From: Candidatus Eiseniibacteriota bacterium
GTDB taxonomy: Bacteria; Eisenbacteria; RBG-16-71-46; SZUA-252
Reading direction: 5' to 3'
Assembly: GCA_963703225.1 (NCBI GenBank)
Contig: OY969801.1
Span: 2,144,001-2,208,000 of the forward strand
Length of the DNA: 64,000 nt
Position 1 is the first letter of the stretch; each line of letters opens with the position of its first letter. Below are positions 11,329 through 21,726 of this stretch, in pieces. The notes beneath the pieces are model-generated. The model saw only the letters and a program-made list of their open reading frames with translations, had not been told where the DNA came from and did no database searches. Position numbers and translations under genes: made by a program.

Positions 11329-13916
11329 CCGCCGCGCTTCCCGGGGAACCGGTCGCCGGGGGGCGGCGGGGCTTTTCCGGCGAAGATGCGGAGGGATTCC
11401 TCGTACTGCTTCAGGTAGTTGGCGCCCTCCCGATCCTCGGGATGCGCCCGCATCCACGTCCGGAGTACATCGACCGCCTCGGCGCGCTGGCCGGTCTGCC
11501 AGAGCGCGGTGAAGAGCGCGCTGAACCAATCGAAGTACTGCTGGTTCAGCTCCGCCGCGCGTCTCAGCTCCGCGATTCCCTCGTCCACCCGACCGGTCTG
11601 GTAGTAGGTCACGCCGAGGTGGAAATGGAACTCGGGAGCGGTCGGGAAGCGGCGCACGCCCTCGACGTAGAGCTTCTCGGCCTCGGGCAGGCGACCGGTG
11701 TCTTCATAGAGTCTCCCCAGATACTCGAGGAGCCCGGGAAAGTCCGGCGAAACCTTGACGGCGTCCTGAAGAACCCGGATCGCCTCTTCCGCCTTGCCCG
11801 CGATCTGGAGCTGGTAGGCGACCTGGACGTGGGCCGCGGCGTAGTTCTGCACGAGCCGGTAGGCGTTATCGTCCTTGTAGACCGACGTATCGTACGCCCG
11901 ATTCTTGTCCAGGAGCCCTTTGTACTGAAAGACGCTGTAGAGGTTGTGCATCGTCTTCTCGACGTCCACCGATCGCCCGGATTCCTGTGGGTTGACGCGG
12001 AACACGAGCCCCTCGAGCGTGAGCCGCTTCTCGAGCCCCATCTGGTCCGGGACCGTGACCGCCAGGTAGATCGGCCGCCTCCACGCGTTCGTCTTGATGA
12101 TGTCCTGCGTCGCGAGATCCTTCACCCAGACAACCTTTCCGGTCTTCTCGTCCTGATACGGCCCGATGCATCTCGAGCTGCGAATCGGTATAGGAGATCG
12201 GCACCTTGGGTTCTGAGGTCCCGCAGCTGACGGATGTACCAAGGCGTGTTCAGAAGGCTCAGGTTGACGACCCGAACGTCCTTACGGACGCCCTCCACCT
12301 CCTGGATGTACCAGAGCGGAAACGTGTCGTTGTCGCCGTTCGTGAAGACCACCGCGCCCGGCTCCAGCGGCGCCAGCATGTTGTAGGCGTAGTCGTGGGC
12401 GATGTAGAACCCGGACCGATCGTGGGTGAACCAACCGCTCCTCATCGGGAGGAGTGCGAATCCCAAGAGCGCGGCACCGCCCAGCCCCAGGAGAAGCCGG
12501 GAGGAAGCCGCCCGGGGGAGCGGCTCGAGCGCCGCGGTATCTCCGCGGTCCTCCGTTCCCCCGCGCCGGGGCGGACGACGCCCGGGGCGAGAGCCCCTTC
12601 GCGAGCGCGTGGAACGCGGCTCCCGCGCCCATGCCCATCCAGACCGCCATGAAGTGATACGAGTTGGTGAAGAAGTAGTCGCGCTCCCGGACCTCGTGAT
12701 CGGTGAAATTCAGATAGAAGATCAGCCCCGGCCCCATGATCACGTGCGTCGCGAGGAAGAACCAGAACGTCGTCCGGTCGCGGCGATAGTTCCACCAGGC
12801 CCCGAGGAAGAAGAAGAAGTAGGGGATCGCGTTCACGGCCTTGACCCAGAACGACGAGAGGTCGAGCTGTCCGATCCGCTCGATGAGGTGCCATTGCTGG
12901 CCGATGTAGCGGAGGTACATGTGCTGGATCTGGTACCACAGCTCCGCGCGACGATCGAACGGATTGGACGGGCCGTACTGCTTGCGGCTCAGGTACTCGA
13001 GCCACGTGGCGAGGGTCGTGGGGGAACCCTCGTTGATCATCGGCATCTGCTGGCTCCGGATCAGAAGGAAGATCTGAACCGAGAAGCCCACCAGAATCAG
13101 GAGGGTCCACCAGCCAAAGAGATTGTTCTTGAAGTAGAAGCGGTGGTTGACCGCGGCGTAGATGGCCGCGAGCGCCAGGACGCCGCTGAAAAAGATCCCG
13201 GGGATCCCGACGCCCAGCATGCCGTTCATGAAATAAACGATCAGGAACGCGCCAAAGAACACCGTCGGAACCAGGAACTTGGGGCTCGCGAAGTAGCTGG
13301 GGCGGACCATGATGAACAGGAGCAGGAGCGCCGGCGCGATCAGGATGGTCCCGAGGTGGACGCCGGTGGAGACCGCCAGCAGATAGACGATCAGCAGGAG
13401 GATCTTGTCGTTTCCTGGCTCGCCGACGTGATCCCACCACTGGAACGCGAGCCATATGGTGAACGCGATGAGGCACGAGGAGAGCGAGTAGACTTCCGCC
13501 TCGATCGCGCTGTCCCAGAAGGAGCTGGCGAACGCCACGAGCCACGCGGCGGCGATCCCGCCCAGCTCGCAGGCGAGCGTGGAGGCGACGCTGGCCGGCT
13601 CCGATGCGACGGTCCGGCGGAGCGCTCGGACGGTGAAGAGAAACGTGAAGAGACAGGTCAGCGCGGAAGCGAGCGAGCTCATGAAATTGACGCGCCACGC
13701 CACGCTCTCGATGGGAAGGAGGCTCATCATCCGTCCGAGCATCGTGTAGACCGGGTTCCCCGGAGGATGGGGGAGACCCAGGGTCAAGGAGGTGGCGATG
13801 AATTCGCCCGAGTCCCAGAACGGGACGGTCGGGGTCACGGTTCGGATGTATGCCCAGAGCGGCACCCCCACGGCCAGAATCGCGCCCAGGATGTGCCACC
13901 GCTTGGTCGCGGTCAT
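11325..13916 (-). CDS. DUF2723 / TMEM260-like GT-C glycosyltransferase with C-terminal TPRs (at least 3 frameshifts, about 12160-12560)
   Basis: PTVPFWDSGEFI, LPHPPG.P, EAEVY, YL.RKQYG, EVRERDYFF, FTNGDNDTFPLWY.QEVEG.R.DVRVVNLSLL, TPR-like tail. ATG 13916 in an ATGA overlap. Confidence 0.85.
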
Positions 13917-14959
13917 TCGACTCCCTTCCCCGCGCGCCGGGTTTGGGCGCGCGCCGTTCGACGGCGTTCCAGGATCGTGTTGATCGCCCGGCGGGGCGGC
14001 CGGGACACGAAGATGAGCCCCCCGAGCAGGCTGATGAGGACGGACACCAAGTAGGTCAAGAATGGAACCGTGAAGGCCTGCTCGCGCGTAAGACCCGCCA
14101 TTTGAAATAGAACAACGCCAGCCCCCTCCCGGATCCCAAGCCCGTTGAGGGAGATGGGCAGCGAGACCAGCGCGGCGAGGGCTGGGACGAACAGGAAATA
14201 GTACCCCACCGCCACCCGCACCCCCAGGGCCAGCCCCACCAGGTAATGGACCAGGATCCGGCTGATCTGGACGACGAGGGAGGCGGCGAAGACGGCGAGG
14301 AGGGTCCCACCCTGGCTCCGGAACCCGTGCAGGTCGTCCATCAACCGCGTGATTCCCCGCTCGATCGACCGCGCGCCCACGACGCGGAATGGCCACTCAA
14401 AGGCGGTGAGCACGGTTCGATTGAAGATGCTCAGAAAGAACCCCAGAGAGACCAGGAAGGTGATCACGATCGCGGTGTAGATCGCGTAGAGGTGAAATCG
14501 ATCGATCGCGGCGAAGGAGGCGAGCAGGGCCACCGAGGCCATCGCGAGAACGCCGATCAGACGGTCCATGAGCGTCGCGGAGAAGACCGAGCTGACGTGC
14601 TCGGCGTGCTTGGAAGCGTCGCTGATCCGCGCGATATCGCCCCCGATGTTCGAAGGGAGGAAGTTGTTGAAGAAGAGCCCCACGAAGTAGTACGAGGCCG
14701 CCTTCTGATACGGAATCGGGACTCCTTGGGCGCGCAGGAGGCGGGCCCAGAGCCAGCTCCCGACGATGCTCGAGAACAGAAAGAGGCCCGCGGCCGCGAG
14801 CAGGAGGCGCGGATTCGCCGGTCGAATCGTGGCCCAGATGTCCCCGGGCGAGACTTTGGCCACGACGTAGGCGAAGAGGGCGAAGCTCAAGAGCACCTTG
14901 ATCGCGATCAACGGCACCTTGTACCGGCTGATCCAGCCGCCGATCGAGGGCTTCTTCAC
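13913..14959 (-). CDS. Lysylphosphatidylglycerol-synthase-TM / flippase-like (UPF0104) membrane protein
   Basis: GLFFNNFLPSNIGGD..R, DRL.G, LPISLNGLGIREG. GTG start in a GTGA overlap. Confidence 0.85.
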   Translation of the reverse strand: MKKPSIGGWISRYKVPLIAIKVLLSFALFAYVVAKVSPGDIWATIRPANPRLLLAAAGLFLFSSIVGSWLWARLLRAQGVPIPYQKAASYYFVGLFFNNFLPSNIGGDIARISDASKHAEHVSSVFSATLMDRLIGVLAMASVALLASFAAIDRFHLYAIYTAIVITFLVSLGFFLSIFNRTVLTAFEWPFRVVGARSIERGITRLMDDLHGFRSQGGTLLAVFAASLVVQISRILVHYLVGLALGVRVAVGYYFLFVPALAALVSLPISLNGLGIREGAGVVLFQMAGLTREQAFTVPFLTYLVSVLISLLGGLIFVSRPPRRAINTILERRRTARAQTRRAGKGVE

Positions 14960-16074
14960 GCCGCCCGCCCTTGTGCCGCGCGCTCCATGACCGCGCGGCT
15001 CCCCCGATAGCAGGTCTCCCAATCAAACCGCCCGGCCCAGCGAATCGCGGCCGTCGCCAGGCGCAGGCGGAGCTCCCGGTCCCTCAGAAGCCGGATCAGG
15101 CCGTCGGCGAGCGCCGGGACGTCGCCGTGCGGCACGAGGATTCCGGTCTCCCCGTCCCGGACCGACTCCACAAGTCCAGGGCTTCGGCTCGCGACCACGG
15201 GCGTGCCGCAGGCGTTCGCCTCGATCACCGTCAATCCCCAGCCCTCTTTCGGCGAGGGATTGACGGCGACCTGGGCCGCGTTGAGCGCCGCCACCTTTTC
15301 GGGCTGCGAGACCGATCCGAGGAACCGGACACGCTCCGAAACGCCCAGCGACCGCGCGAGCCCCTCGAGCGTCGGACGGTAGGGCCCATCCCCCGCGAGG
15401 ACCAACCGGGCTTCGGGCACCGACTCGAGCACGCGCGGCAGAGCGCGAACGGCGAACTGGGCCCCCTTGTACCGACGGAGACGGCCGAGAAAGCAGATCG
15501 TCGGATCGCGCCGCGATTCCGGAGGAGTGGTCACGGCGTAGTCGGCCTGCGTGAGGCCGCACGGCACGACCGAGATCCGCCCCGGATCGATGCCCCGTGC
15601 GGAAAGATCGGAGCGCGTGCTCTCGGAGATCGCGAGGAAGGGGGTTTGTCGGTACACGAACGGTATCAGGCTCTCGTGGGCCCAGACGATTCCCGCGATG
15701 GGAGCGGGAGCCTCGTGGAACGCCGTCGTACCGAAGAGATGGGGGACGACGGCCAAGACGGGCGCGGTGGCAAAGAGCGGCGTGAAGAACGGAACTTTGT
15801 TGATGTCGTCCAGGACGAGATCAAATCGCTCCCTTCGGTACCGTCCGCGATAGAGCGCGCCGAGGGCAAGGTGCGCATTGTACCATGAACCCGCGCGATG
15901 GATCCGGATTCCATCGACCGCATCCTCCTCTGGCGCCCCGGCATACCGCTCGGCCAGCCAGGTCGCGCGCCCGCCGTCCCGCACGATCCGTCTCAGGATC
16001 TCGAACAGGTGAAGCTCCGCGCCGCCCGCCTCGGGATGCTTGGGGTCGCGCCAGTTGAACGCGATCACGTTCAA
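14956..16074 (-). CDS. GT4 glycosyltransferase
   Basis: NWRD.KHPEAGGAE, DDINKVPF, LGRL..YKG, PSPKEGWGLTVIEANACG. TTG start in a TTGA overlap. Confidence 0.9.
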   Translation of the reverse strand: MNVIAFNWRDPKHPEAGGAELHLFEILRRIVRDGGRATWLAERYAGAPEEDAVDGIRIHRAGSWYNAHLALGALYRGRYRRERFDLVLDDINKVPFFTPLFATAPVLAVVPHLFGTTAFHEAPAPIAGIVWAHESLIPFVYRQTPFLAISESTRSDLSARGIDPGRISVVPCGLTQADYAVTTPPESRRDPTICFLGRLRRYKGAQFAVRALPRVLESVPEARLVLAGDGPYRPTLEGLARSLGVSERVRFLGSVSQPEKVAALNAAQVAVNPSPKEGWGLTVIEANACGTPVVASRSPGLVESVRDGETGILVPHGDVPALADGLIRLLRDRELRLRLATAAIRWAGRFDWETCYRGSRAVMERAAQGRAA

Positions 16075-16868
16075 GCCGGGGGTCCGGAGGGCGCGCTCCC
16101 CTCCTTCCGTCCGATGGCGCCGATCACAAAGTAGGTGTAGAACGCGAAGGGCGTGCGCTCCCAGACGGAACGAATGGACGCAAGGATCGGCGTGATCACC
16201 GGGATCGGCGGCGGATCGAGCGGAAGCTTGGCGATGCCCGCGCGGAGGAGCGCGAGGCGCGTCGATCGGTAGAAAAGCCCGGGGACCATCCACGCCCCGT
16301 AGCGCCGTACGATCCGCACCCCCGCCCGCCGCATCAACCGCTCCAGCTCTCCGATGGTGAACTCCGTCTCCCACCCCGCGAACCACTTCCCCACCACGAT
16401 CAGAGCGTGCTTCACCAACGTGTAGAGATGGAAACGCTGCGGAACGTCGACGAGCAGCATGCCATCGGGGCGCAGGACTCGAACGTTCTCGTGGAGGAGC
16501 GGGCGGGGATCGCGAAAGTGCTCGAGCAGGCCCTGATGGAAGACGACGTCAAAGGAGCCGTCCCGAAAGGGCATCCGGAGGGCATCGGCGCGGACCAGGT
16601 GGGGCGAGATCCCGGCTCTCCGGGAGACGTTCCGGGCGACCTGAAGCGACGCCATGGAGTAGTCGAGCATCACGGCGATCGCTCCCTGTTCGGCGAGCGC
16701 GACGCTGTCTCGCCCCGATCCAGCCCCCACCTCGAGGACCCGTTTCCCCTGAATGGGACCCTCGGCCGTAATCCGCTCCACGACGCGCCCCGCGGTGGGG
16801 TAGACCTCGTCGATCTCGGCCCGATCCTTCCAGAATCGGGTCCAGTGCGCCTCGGTGGAAGCCCGCAC
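16071..16868 (-). CDS. Class I SAM-dependent methyltransferase
   Basis: VLEVGAGSG, DALRMPF.DGSFD, HQGLLEHF, RVLRPDG. Confidence 0.85.
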   Translation of the reverse strand: MRASTEAHWTRFWKDRAEIDEVYPTAGRVVERITAEGPIQGKRVLEVGAGSGRDSVALAEQGAIAVMLDYSMASLQVARNVSRRAGISPHLVRADALRMPFRDGSFDVVFHQGLLEHFRDPRPLLHENVRVLRPDGMLLVDVPQRFHLYTLVKHALIVVGKWFAGWETEFTIGELERLMRRAGVRIVRRYGAWMVPGLFYRSTRLALLRAGIAKLPLDPPPIPVITPILASIRSVWERTPFAFYTYFVIGAIGRKEGSAPSGPPA

Positions 16869-16876
16869 CGCCCCCT

Positions 16877-17602
16877 CTACTCTCCGGTCGCGAGGCGCGC
16901 GGCGAGGACCTCCGGGAGCTGTGCCGCCCGGATTTTCGCCTGGGCGCCCTCGATGTCGTACGGCACGCGGATGAACTCGATCTGCCCGGCGGGCTCGTGA
17001 AACAGGACGAAGCAAGCCCGAGGGTCGTGGTCCCGCGGCTGGCCGACGCTCCCTACGTTGACAATGTATCGGCGATCCGGATCAAAGGTGAGATCGGAGA
17101 CCGGAAGCGACTTGCACCCGCCCGGGTCCGCCATGTAGACGGCCGGCTGGTGGGTGTGTCCGATGAAGCAGACCGGCTCCGTGAAGTAATGAAATTGAGG
17201 CTCGGCGTCAAAGCGGTCTAGGAGGTACTCCCAGTCGCGGGGGCAAGCCGGCGACGCGTGGACGAGGAAGAAGGACTCCTCCGAGGAGGTCAGTGGGAGC
17301 CGCTGTAGGTACTCGCGGTTGTCGCGGGTCAGGGTCTTGGCGGTCCACTCGGCGGCCACCCGGGCGTAGATGTTGAACCGGGCCGCCTCCGGGCCGCCGC
17401 TCGCGGCGGCATCGTGATTGCCGAGGAGCACGATCTCGCATCGCTCCCTCACCCGCGCGAGGCATTCGTTGGGACTCGCGCCATATCCGACGATGTCGCC
17501 AAGGCAGATGACGCGCTTCGGCCCGCGCCGATCGATTTCGGCGAGCACGGCGTCGAGCGCTTCGAGGTTTCCGTGGATGTCGGAGATGAAGGCGGTGGTC
17601 AT
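16877..17602 (-). CDS. Calcineurin-like metallophosphoesterase
   Basis: SDIHGN, GDIVGYG, GNHD, GHTH, NVGSVGQPRD. Confidence 0.92.
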   Translation of the reverse strand: MTTAFISDIHGNLEALDAVLAEIDRRGPKRVICLGDIVGYGASPNECLARVRERCEIVLLGNHDAAASGGPEAARFNIYARVAAEWTAKTLTRDNREYLQRLPLTSSEESFFLVHASPACPRDWEYLLDRFDAEPQFHYFTEPVCFIGHTHQPAVYMADPGGCKSLPVSDLTFDPDRRYIVNVGSVGQPRDHDPRACFVLFHEPAGQIEFIRVPYDIEGAQAKIRAAQLPEVLAARLATGE

Positions 17603-18015
17603 CCGACGGAGGGTCGCGCTTCGTGGGCGATCCGGTCAAGGATTCCGTTCACAAACGATCCCGACGTCTCCATCCCGTATTTCTTGGCAATCTCGATCGC
17701 CTCGTCCAGCGCGACGCGGGTCGGCGTGTCACCGTGGTAGAGAAGCTCCGCCGCGGCGAGCCGGATGACCGACCGGTCGGTGGCCGCCATGCGGCCGATG
17801 GACCAGTTCTGCGCGATGCGAGAGACCGCCGCGTCGATCTCCTCGCGGTGCTCCGCCAGGGTCCGGACCAGGGAGCCGGCAAACTCCTTCACATCGTCGC
17901 GGATATCCAGCTCCTCGACGATCTCGCCCAAACAGCGGTCGATCGGGTCGCCGGTCACGTCCGATTGATACGTGGCCCGAAACGCGATTTCCCTGGCCTC
18001 GCGCCGGCGGTTCAT
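17599..18015 (-). CDS. nusB: Transcription antitermination factor NusB
   Basis: RRREARE, DR..IRLA..E, EAIEIAKKYG..SGSFVNGILD; lies downstream of ribH. Confidence 0.95.
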   Translation of the reverse strand: MNRRREAREIAFRATYQSDVTGDPIDRCLGEIVEELDIRDDVKEFAGSLVRTLAEHREEIDAAVSRIAQNWSIGRMAATDRSVIRLAAAELLYHGDTPTRVALDEAIEIAKKYGMETSGSFVNGILDRIAHEARPSVG

Positions 18016-18572
18016 CGCGGGCGCCTCCGCCCGAGCGCCCGGGTCACGTGCGCCATCTCGATCGCGGCTTCCGCCGCGTCCGCGCCCCGATTGCCCCGCT
18101 TCCCACCGGCCCGTTCGAGCGCCTGCTCCATCGTGTTCACGGTGACGAGCCCGAAGAGGATTGGAACGCCGGTCTCCAGGGCGACCCGCGAGATACCCCG
18201 AGCCGATTCGCCTGCCACCCAGTCAAAGTGAGGTGTTTCTCCGCGGACGACCGCGCCGACGCAGACGACCGCGTCCCACCGGCGCGACCGCGCCAGATGG
18301 AGCGCCGCGGTCGGGATCTCGAAGGCCCCTGGCACCCGCACGACCACCACGTTCTCGCTCGGGACGCCGTGCCGGTCGAGCGTGGCGAGCGCGCCCAAGA
18401 GGAGCCGCTCGCAGAGATCCCCGTTGAATCGGGACGCCACGACCGCGATCGAAAGGGCGCTCCCGTCCAGGGTCCCTTCGATCCGAAGCGGTCCCCGCAG
18501 GCGAGGGCGTCCGCGCGGGGCGCCGCCGCGTCGGCGGGGCCCCGCGGGAAGAGCGCCGCGGGCTTCGCTCAC
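18012..18572 (-). CDS. ribH: 6,7-dimethyl-8-ribityllumazine synthase
   Basis: VASRFN, VPGAFEIP, GAVVRGETPHFD, QALERAGGK.GNRG; GTG start overlapping the ribBA stop. Confidence 0.95.
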   Translation of the reverse strand: MSEARGALPAGPRRRGGAPRGRPRLRGPLRIEGTLDGSALSIAVVASRFNGDLCERLLLGALATLDRHGVPSENVVVVRVPGAFEIPTAALHLARSRRWDAVVCVGAVVRGETPHFDWVAGESARGISRVALETGVPILFGLVTVNTMEQALERAGGKRGNRGADAAEAAIEMAHVTRALGRRRPR

Positions 18573-19849
18573 GCGCGGCTCCTGCGTCGGCTTCCGGTAT
18601 GGGCTTCGTCCAGGAGGCGGAGCTTGGGGTGATTGAGCAAATGGCCGAGCCGCGCGCGCTTGGTCTCGAGGTAGCGCCGGTTGATCGCGTTGGGGTGGAT
18701 TTCGAGCGGCTCCCGCGACACGACGTCGATTCCGTAGTCGACCAGCGCGGCGATCTTTTTCGGGTTGTTGGTCAGGAGGCGGATCCGTCCAAAGCCGAGG
18801 TCGCTCAAAATTTGGGCCGCCACGCCATAATCCCTGAGGTCGGGCGCGAAGCCGAGCTTGAGATTGGCGTCCACCGTGTCGAGCCCGAGGTCTTGAAGCT
18901 CGTACGCGCGGAGCTTGTTCGCGAGCCCGATGCCTCTTCCCTCCTGGCGCAGATAGAGGAATACCCCCGAACCCTCCTGGTCGATCCGCGCGAGCGCGGA
19001 GGCCATCTGCTCGCCGCAGTCGCACCGGAGGGAGCCGAAGACGTCGCCGGTCAGGCACTGTGAATGGACCCGGGCCAAAGGCGGCGCTTGCCTCGACGGC
19101 TTGCCCTTGACCAGCGCGACGTGGTGGTGGCCGTCGATCTGACTTTCGTAGACGGCGATCTTGAAGTCCCCATAACGGGTCGGAAGGCGCGAGGCCGCGA
19201 TGCGCTTGACGAGCCGCTCCTTCCGATACCGGTACCGCACGAGATCGCGGATGGTGATGAGGGGGAGGCCGTGTCTCTTGGCCAGTCGATTCAGCGCGGG
19301 GCCGCGCGCCATGGTCCCGTCCGGGGAGAGGATCTCGCAAAGGACGGCCGCGTGGCCCAGGCCGGCGAGTCGGACGAGATCGAGCGCCGCTTCGGTGTGG
19401 CCCGCGCGGCGGAGCACACCCTGATCATCCGCGCGCAACGGAAAGACGTGGCCCGGCCGGGCCAGCTGCTCGGGCCGCGTCTTGGACGACGCGAGGGCGC
19501 GGATGGTGAGGGCGCGATCCTGCGCGGAAGAGCCGGTGGTCGTTCCCCGCAACAGGTCGACCGAGACGGTGAACGGCGTCGCGTAGCGGGCCGTATTGAG
19601 CGGCGCCATCAGCGCCAGGCCCAGCTCGTCCAGCCGCGCCCCCGGCATGGAGACGCAGAGAAGCCCGCGCGCCTCGCGGGTGATGAAGTTGACGTCCTCG
19701 GCGGTGGTCTTGGCGGCCGCCATCACGAAGTCTCCTTCATTCTCGCGATCCTCGTCGTCGACGACCACGATCATCGATCCCGCGCGGAGCGCCGCGAGCG
19801 CGGCCTCGATCTCGGCGCTCGGCTGGGGCCGGATCTGTTTCTTGTTCAC
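18569..19849 (-). CDS. ribBA: Bifunctional DHBP synthase / GTP cyclohydrolase II
   Basis: DDEDRENEGD, RPGHVFPL, GHTEA; RVHSQCLTGD..GSLRCDCG, QEGRGIGL.NK, LLTNNP.K. Confidence 0.97.
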   Translation of the reverse strand: MNKKQIRPQPSAEIEAALAALRAGSMIVVVDDEDRENEGDFVMAAAKTTAEDVNFITREARGLLCVSMPGARLDELGLALMAPLNTARYATPFTVSVDLLRGTTTGSSAQDRALTIRALASSKTRPEQLARPGHVFPLRADDQGVLRRAGHTEAALDLVRLAGLGHAAVLCEILSPDGTMARGPALNRLAKRHGLPLITIRDLVRYRYRKERLVKRIAASRLPTRYGDFKIAVYESQIDGHHHVALVKGKPSRQAPPLARVHSQCLTGDVFGSLRCDCGEQMASALARIDQEGSGVFLYLRQEGRGIGLANKLRAYELQDLGLDTVDANLKLGFAPDLRDYGVAAQILSDLGFGRIRLLTNNPKKIAALVDYGIDVVSREPLEIHPNAINRRYLETKRARLGHLLNHPKLRLLDEAHTGSRRRSRA

Positions 19850-20484
19850 GCGATCCTCCCCTCGACCGATCCCAAACCCGCGGCCTGGCCCCGCTCTCCC
19901 CGGGCATCCAGGAGGCGTTCGAGGTAGCGGGCGACGATATCAATTTCAAGATTCACACGGCCGCCGGTCCTGTATTCCGAGGCGATCGTGTGGGAGAGCG
20001 TGTACGGCACCAGCGCGACCACCGCGACCGGATCGCTCCAGGCCGCGACGGTCAGGCTGATCCCGTCGACACAAAGAGAGCCCTTCTCGGCGACGTAGCG
20101 CTGGAGCGCGGCCGGAATCTCGATCTCGACGCGCACGTCGCCCGAGTCGGCCCTGACCGAGCGGATCGAGGCGACGGCGTCCGTGTGCCCTTGGACCCAG
20201 TGCCCGCCAAGCGGATCGCCTGCTTTGATCGCCCGCTCCAGATTCACCCGCGCCCCGGGCCGAAGGGTCCCCAAGGTCGTCCTTCGGAGCGTCTCCTCGA
20301 CCGCGACCGCTTCGAAAAGTCCTCCGGAATCGCGCTCGACGGTAAGGCAGACGCCGCTCACGGAGACGCTCGCGCCGGCCGACAGCTCCCGGTCGAAACC
20401 GGAGCGAATGGCCAAGCGGACACCCTCGCCCTCTTTCGACGCGCGCTCGACGATTCCGATCCGCTCGACGATGCCGCTAAACAT
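19846..20484 (-). CDS. ribE: Riboflavin synthase (alpha chain)
   Basis: MFSGIVE, GVCLTV, VNLERA, GGHWVQGH, DGISLTV, VNLEID. Confidence 0.95.
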   Translation of the reverse strand: MFSGIVERIGIVERASKEGEGVRLAIRSGFDRELSAGASVSVSGVCLTVERDSGGLFEAVAVEETLRRTTLGTLRPGARVNLERAIKAGDPLGGHWVQGHTDAVASIRSVRADSGDVRVEIEIPAALQRYVAEKGSLCVDGISLTVAAWSDPVAVVALVPYTLSHTIASEYRTGGRVNLEIDIVARYLERLLDARGERGQAAGLGSVEGRIA

Positions 20485-21601
20485 CGAAAGGTCCTTCCCG
20501 GAGGATGTTCCCTTCGATCCAGAGGTCGCGCCCCAACCGCCGGACTTGGAGCCGTCCGATCGGAATTCCCTGCGCGAGGTGCGTCCGTCCCAGATCGCCG
20601 GCGAGCGAGACGGAATCGCTTCCTCCCAGGATGAGCGGTGCTACGCCGATCGCGACGCGGTCCGCCAGACCTTCGCGGAGGAAGGAGGTATGCACCGCGG
20701 CGCCTCCTTCCACCAGGACCGCGTAGCGGCCCTCGCTGGCGAGCCTGCGCAAGAGCGCCTCCAGCGGGACGCGCCGATCTCGGTCGGGCTCAAAGCTCCA
20801 GACCGAGGCGCCGCGCTCCTCGAGCTTCCGGATCCGCTCCGTGTCCCACGAGGTTGTCGCGACCACGACGGGAGAGGTCGCGGTCGACCCGAGAAGCCGC
20901 GAGGTCGTCGGCATGCGGAGCGTGGAGTCGAGAACCACCCGAAGCGGCGTGGGCCCCTTCGCGAGGCGGACCGTCAGGAGCGGATCGTCCGCGAGCACCG
21001 TCCCGATGCCCACGAGCACGGCGTCGGACTCCGCGCGGAGGCGGTGGACCAGGCGCTGCTCCGCGTCGCCCCCCAGGCCGCGCGACTCCCCGCTTTCGCT
21101 GGCCATCCGGCCGTCGAGGGAAAGCATGGCCTTCAGCGTCACCCAGGGAAGGCCGGTTTGAAGCTGCTTCAAGTAGGGCGGGTTGAGTGAGCGGCACTCG
21201 GATTCCAGGAGCCCAATCTCCACCTCCATGCCTTCCAAGACGAGCCGATCGATTCCGCGTCCGTCGACAAGCGGGTTCGGGTCGCGCATCCCGATCACCA
21301 CGCGCCGGATTCCAGCCCTCACGATCGCGTCCACACATGGGGGCGTGCGGCCAAAGTGGGCACATGGCTCCAACGTGACGACGAGGGTGGCTCCCTTCGC
21401 GAGATCACCCGCCTGCTCGATGGCCCGCGCCTCGGCGTGCGCGCTGCCGCATCGGAGGTGAAAGCCGGTGGCGACCGGGTCCCCTCCTCGAAGGATCACC
21501 GCGCCGACCCTGGGATTGGGATGGGTCGATCCAATACCGCGCCGGGCCAGGCGGATCGCCTGGCGCATGGCGCGCTCCTCGGCCGCGGTCGTCCCTTCCA
21601 C
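20477..21601 (-). CDS. ribD: Diaminohydroxyphosphoribosylaminopyrimidine deaminase/reductase
   Basis: PNPRVGAV, HAE, TLEPC.H.GRTPPC, SLDGR, GIGTVLADDP.L, VEGG. Likely GTG start at 21601 after AGGGAG. Confidence 0.95.
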   Translation of the reverse strand: MEGTTAAEERAMRQAIRLARRGIGSTHPNPRVGAVILRGGDPVATGFHLRCGSAHAEARAIEQAGDLAKGATLVVTLEPCAHFGRTPPCVDAIVRAGIRRVVIGMRDPNPLVDGRGIDRLVLEGMEVEIGLLESECRSLNPPYLKQLQTGLPWVTLKAMLSLDGRMASESGESRGLGGDAEQRLVHRLRAESDAVLVGIGTVLADDPLLTVRLAKGPTPLRVVLDSTLRMPTTSRLLGSTATSPVVVATTSWDTERIRKLEERGASVWSFEPDRDRRVPLEALLRRLASEGRYAVLVEGGAAVHTSFLREGLADRVAIGVAPLILGGSDSVSLAGDLGRTHLAQGIPIGRLQVRRLGRDLWIEGNILREGPFDV

Positions 21602-21652
21602 CTTGGACTCCCTGCGGCCGCCCGAGATACTCGATTCGGTTCGAAGGCTCAC

Positions 21653-21685
21653 AATAAAAATCCCCGCAGGCAGACACCCGCGGGG
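21653..21685 (-). terminator. Intrinsic terminator (expression platform of the FMN riboswitch)
   Basis: Minus strand CCCCGCGGG-TGTCTG-CCTGCGGGG followed by ATTTTTATT, between the aptamer and ribD. Confidence 0.8.
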
Positions 21686-21726
21686 CGAGCCCGGCCATGG
21701 GCCGGACATACCCGTGCTGTGCGACG

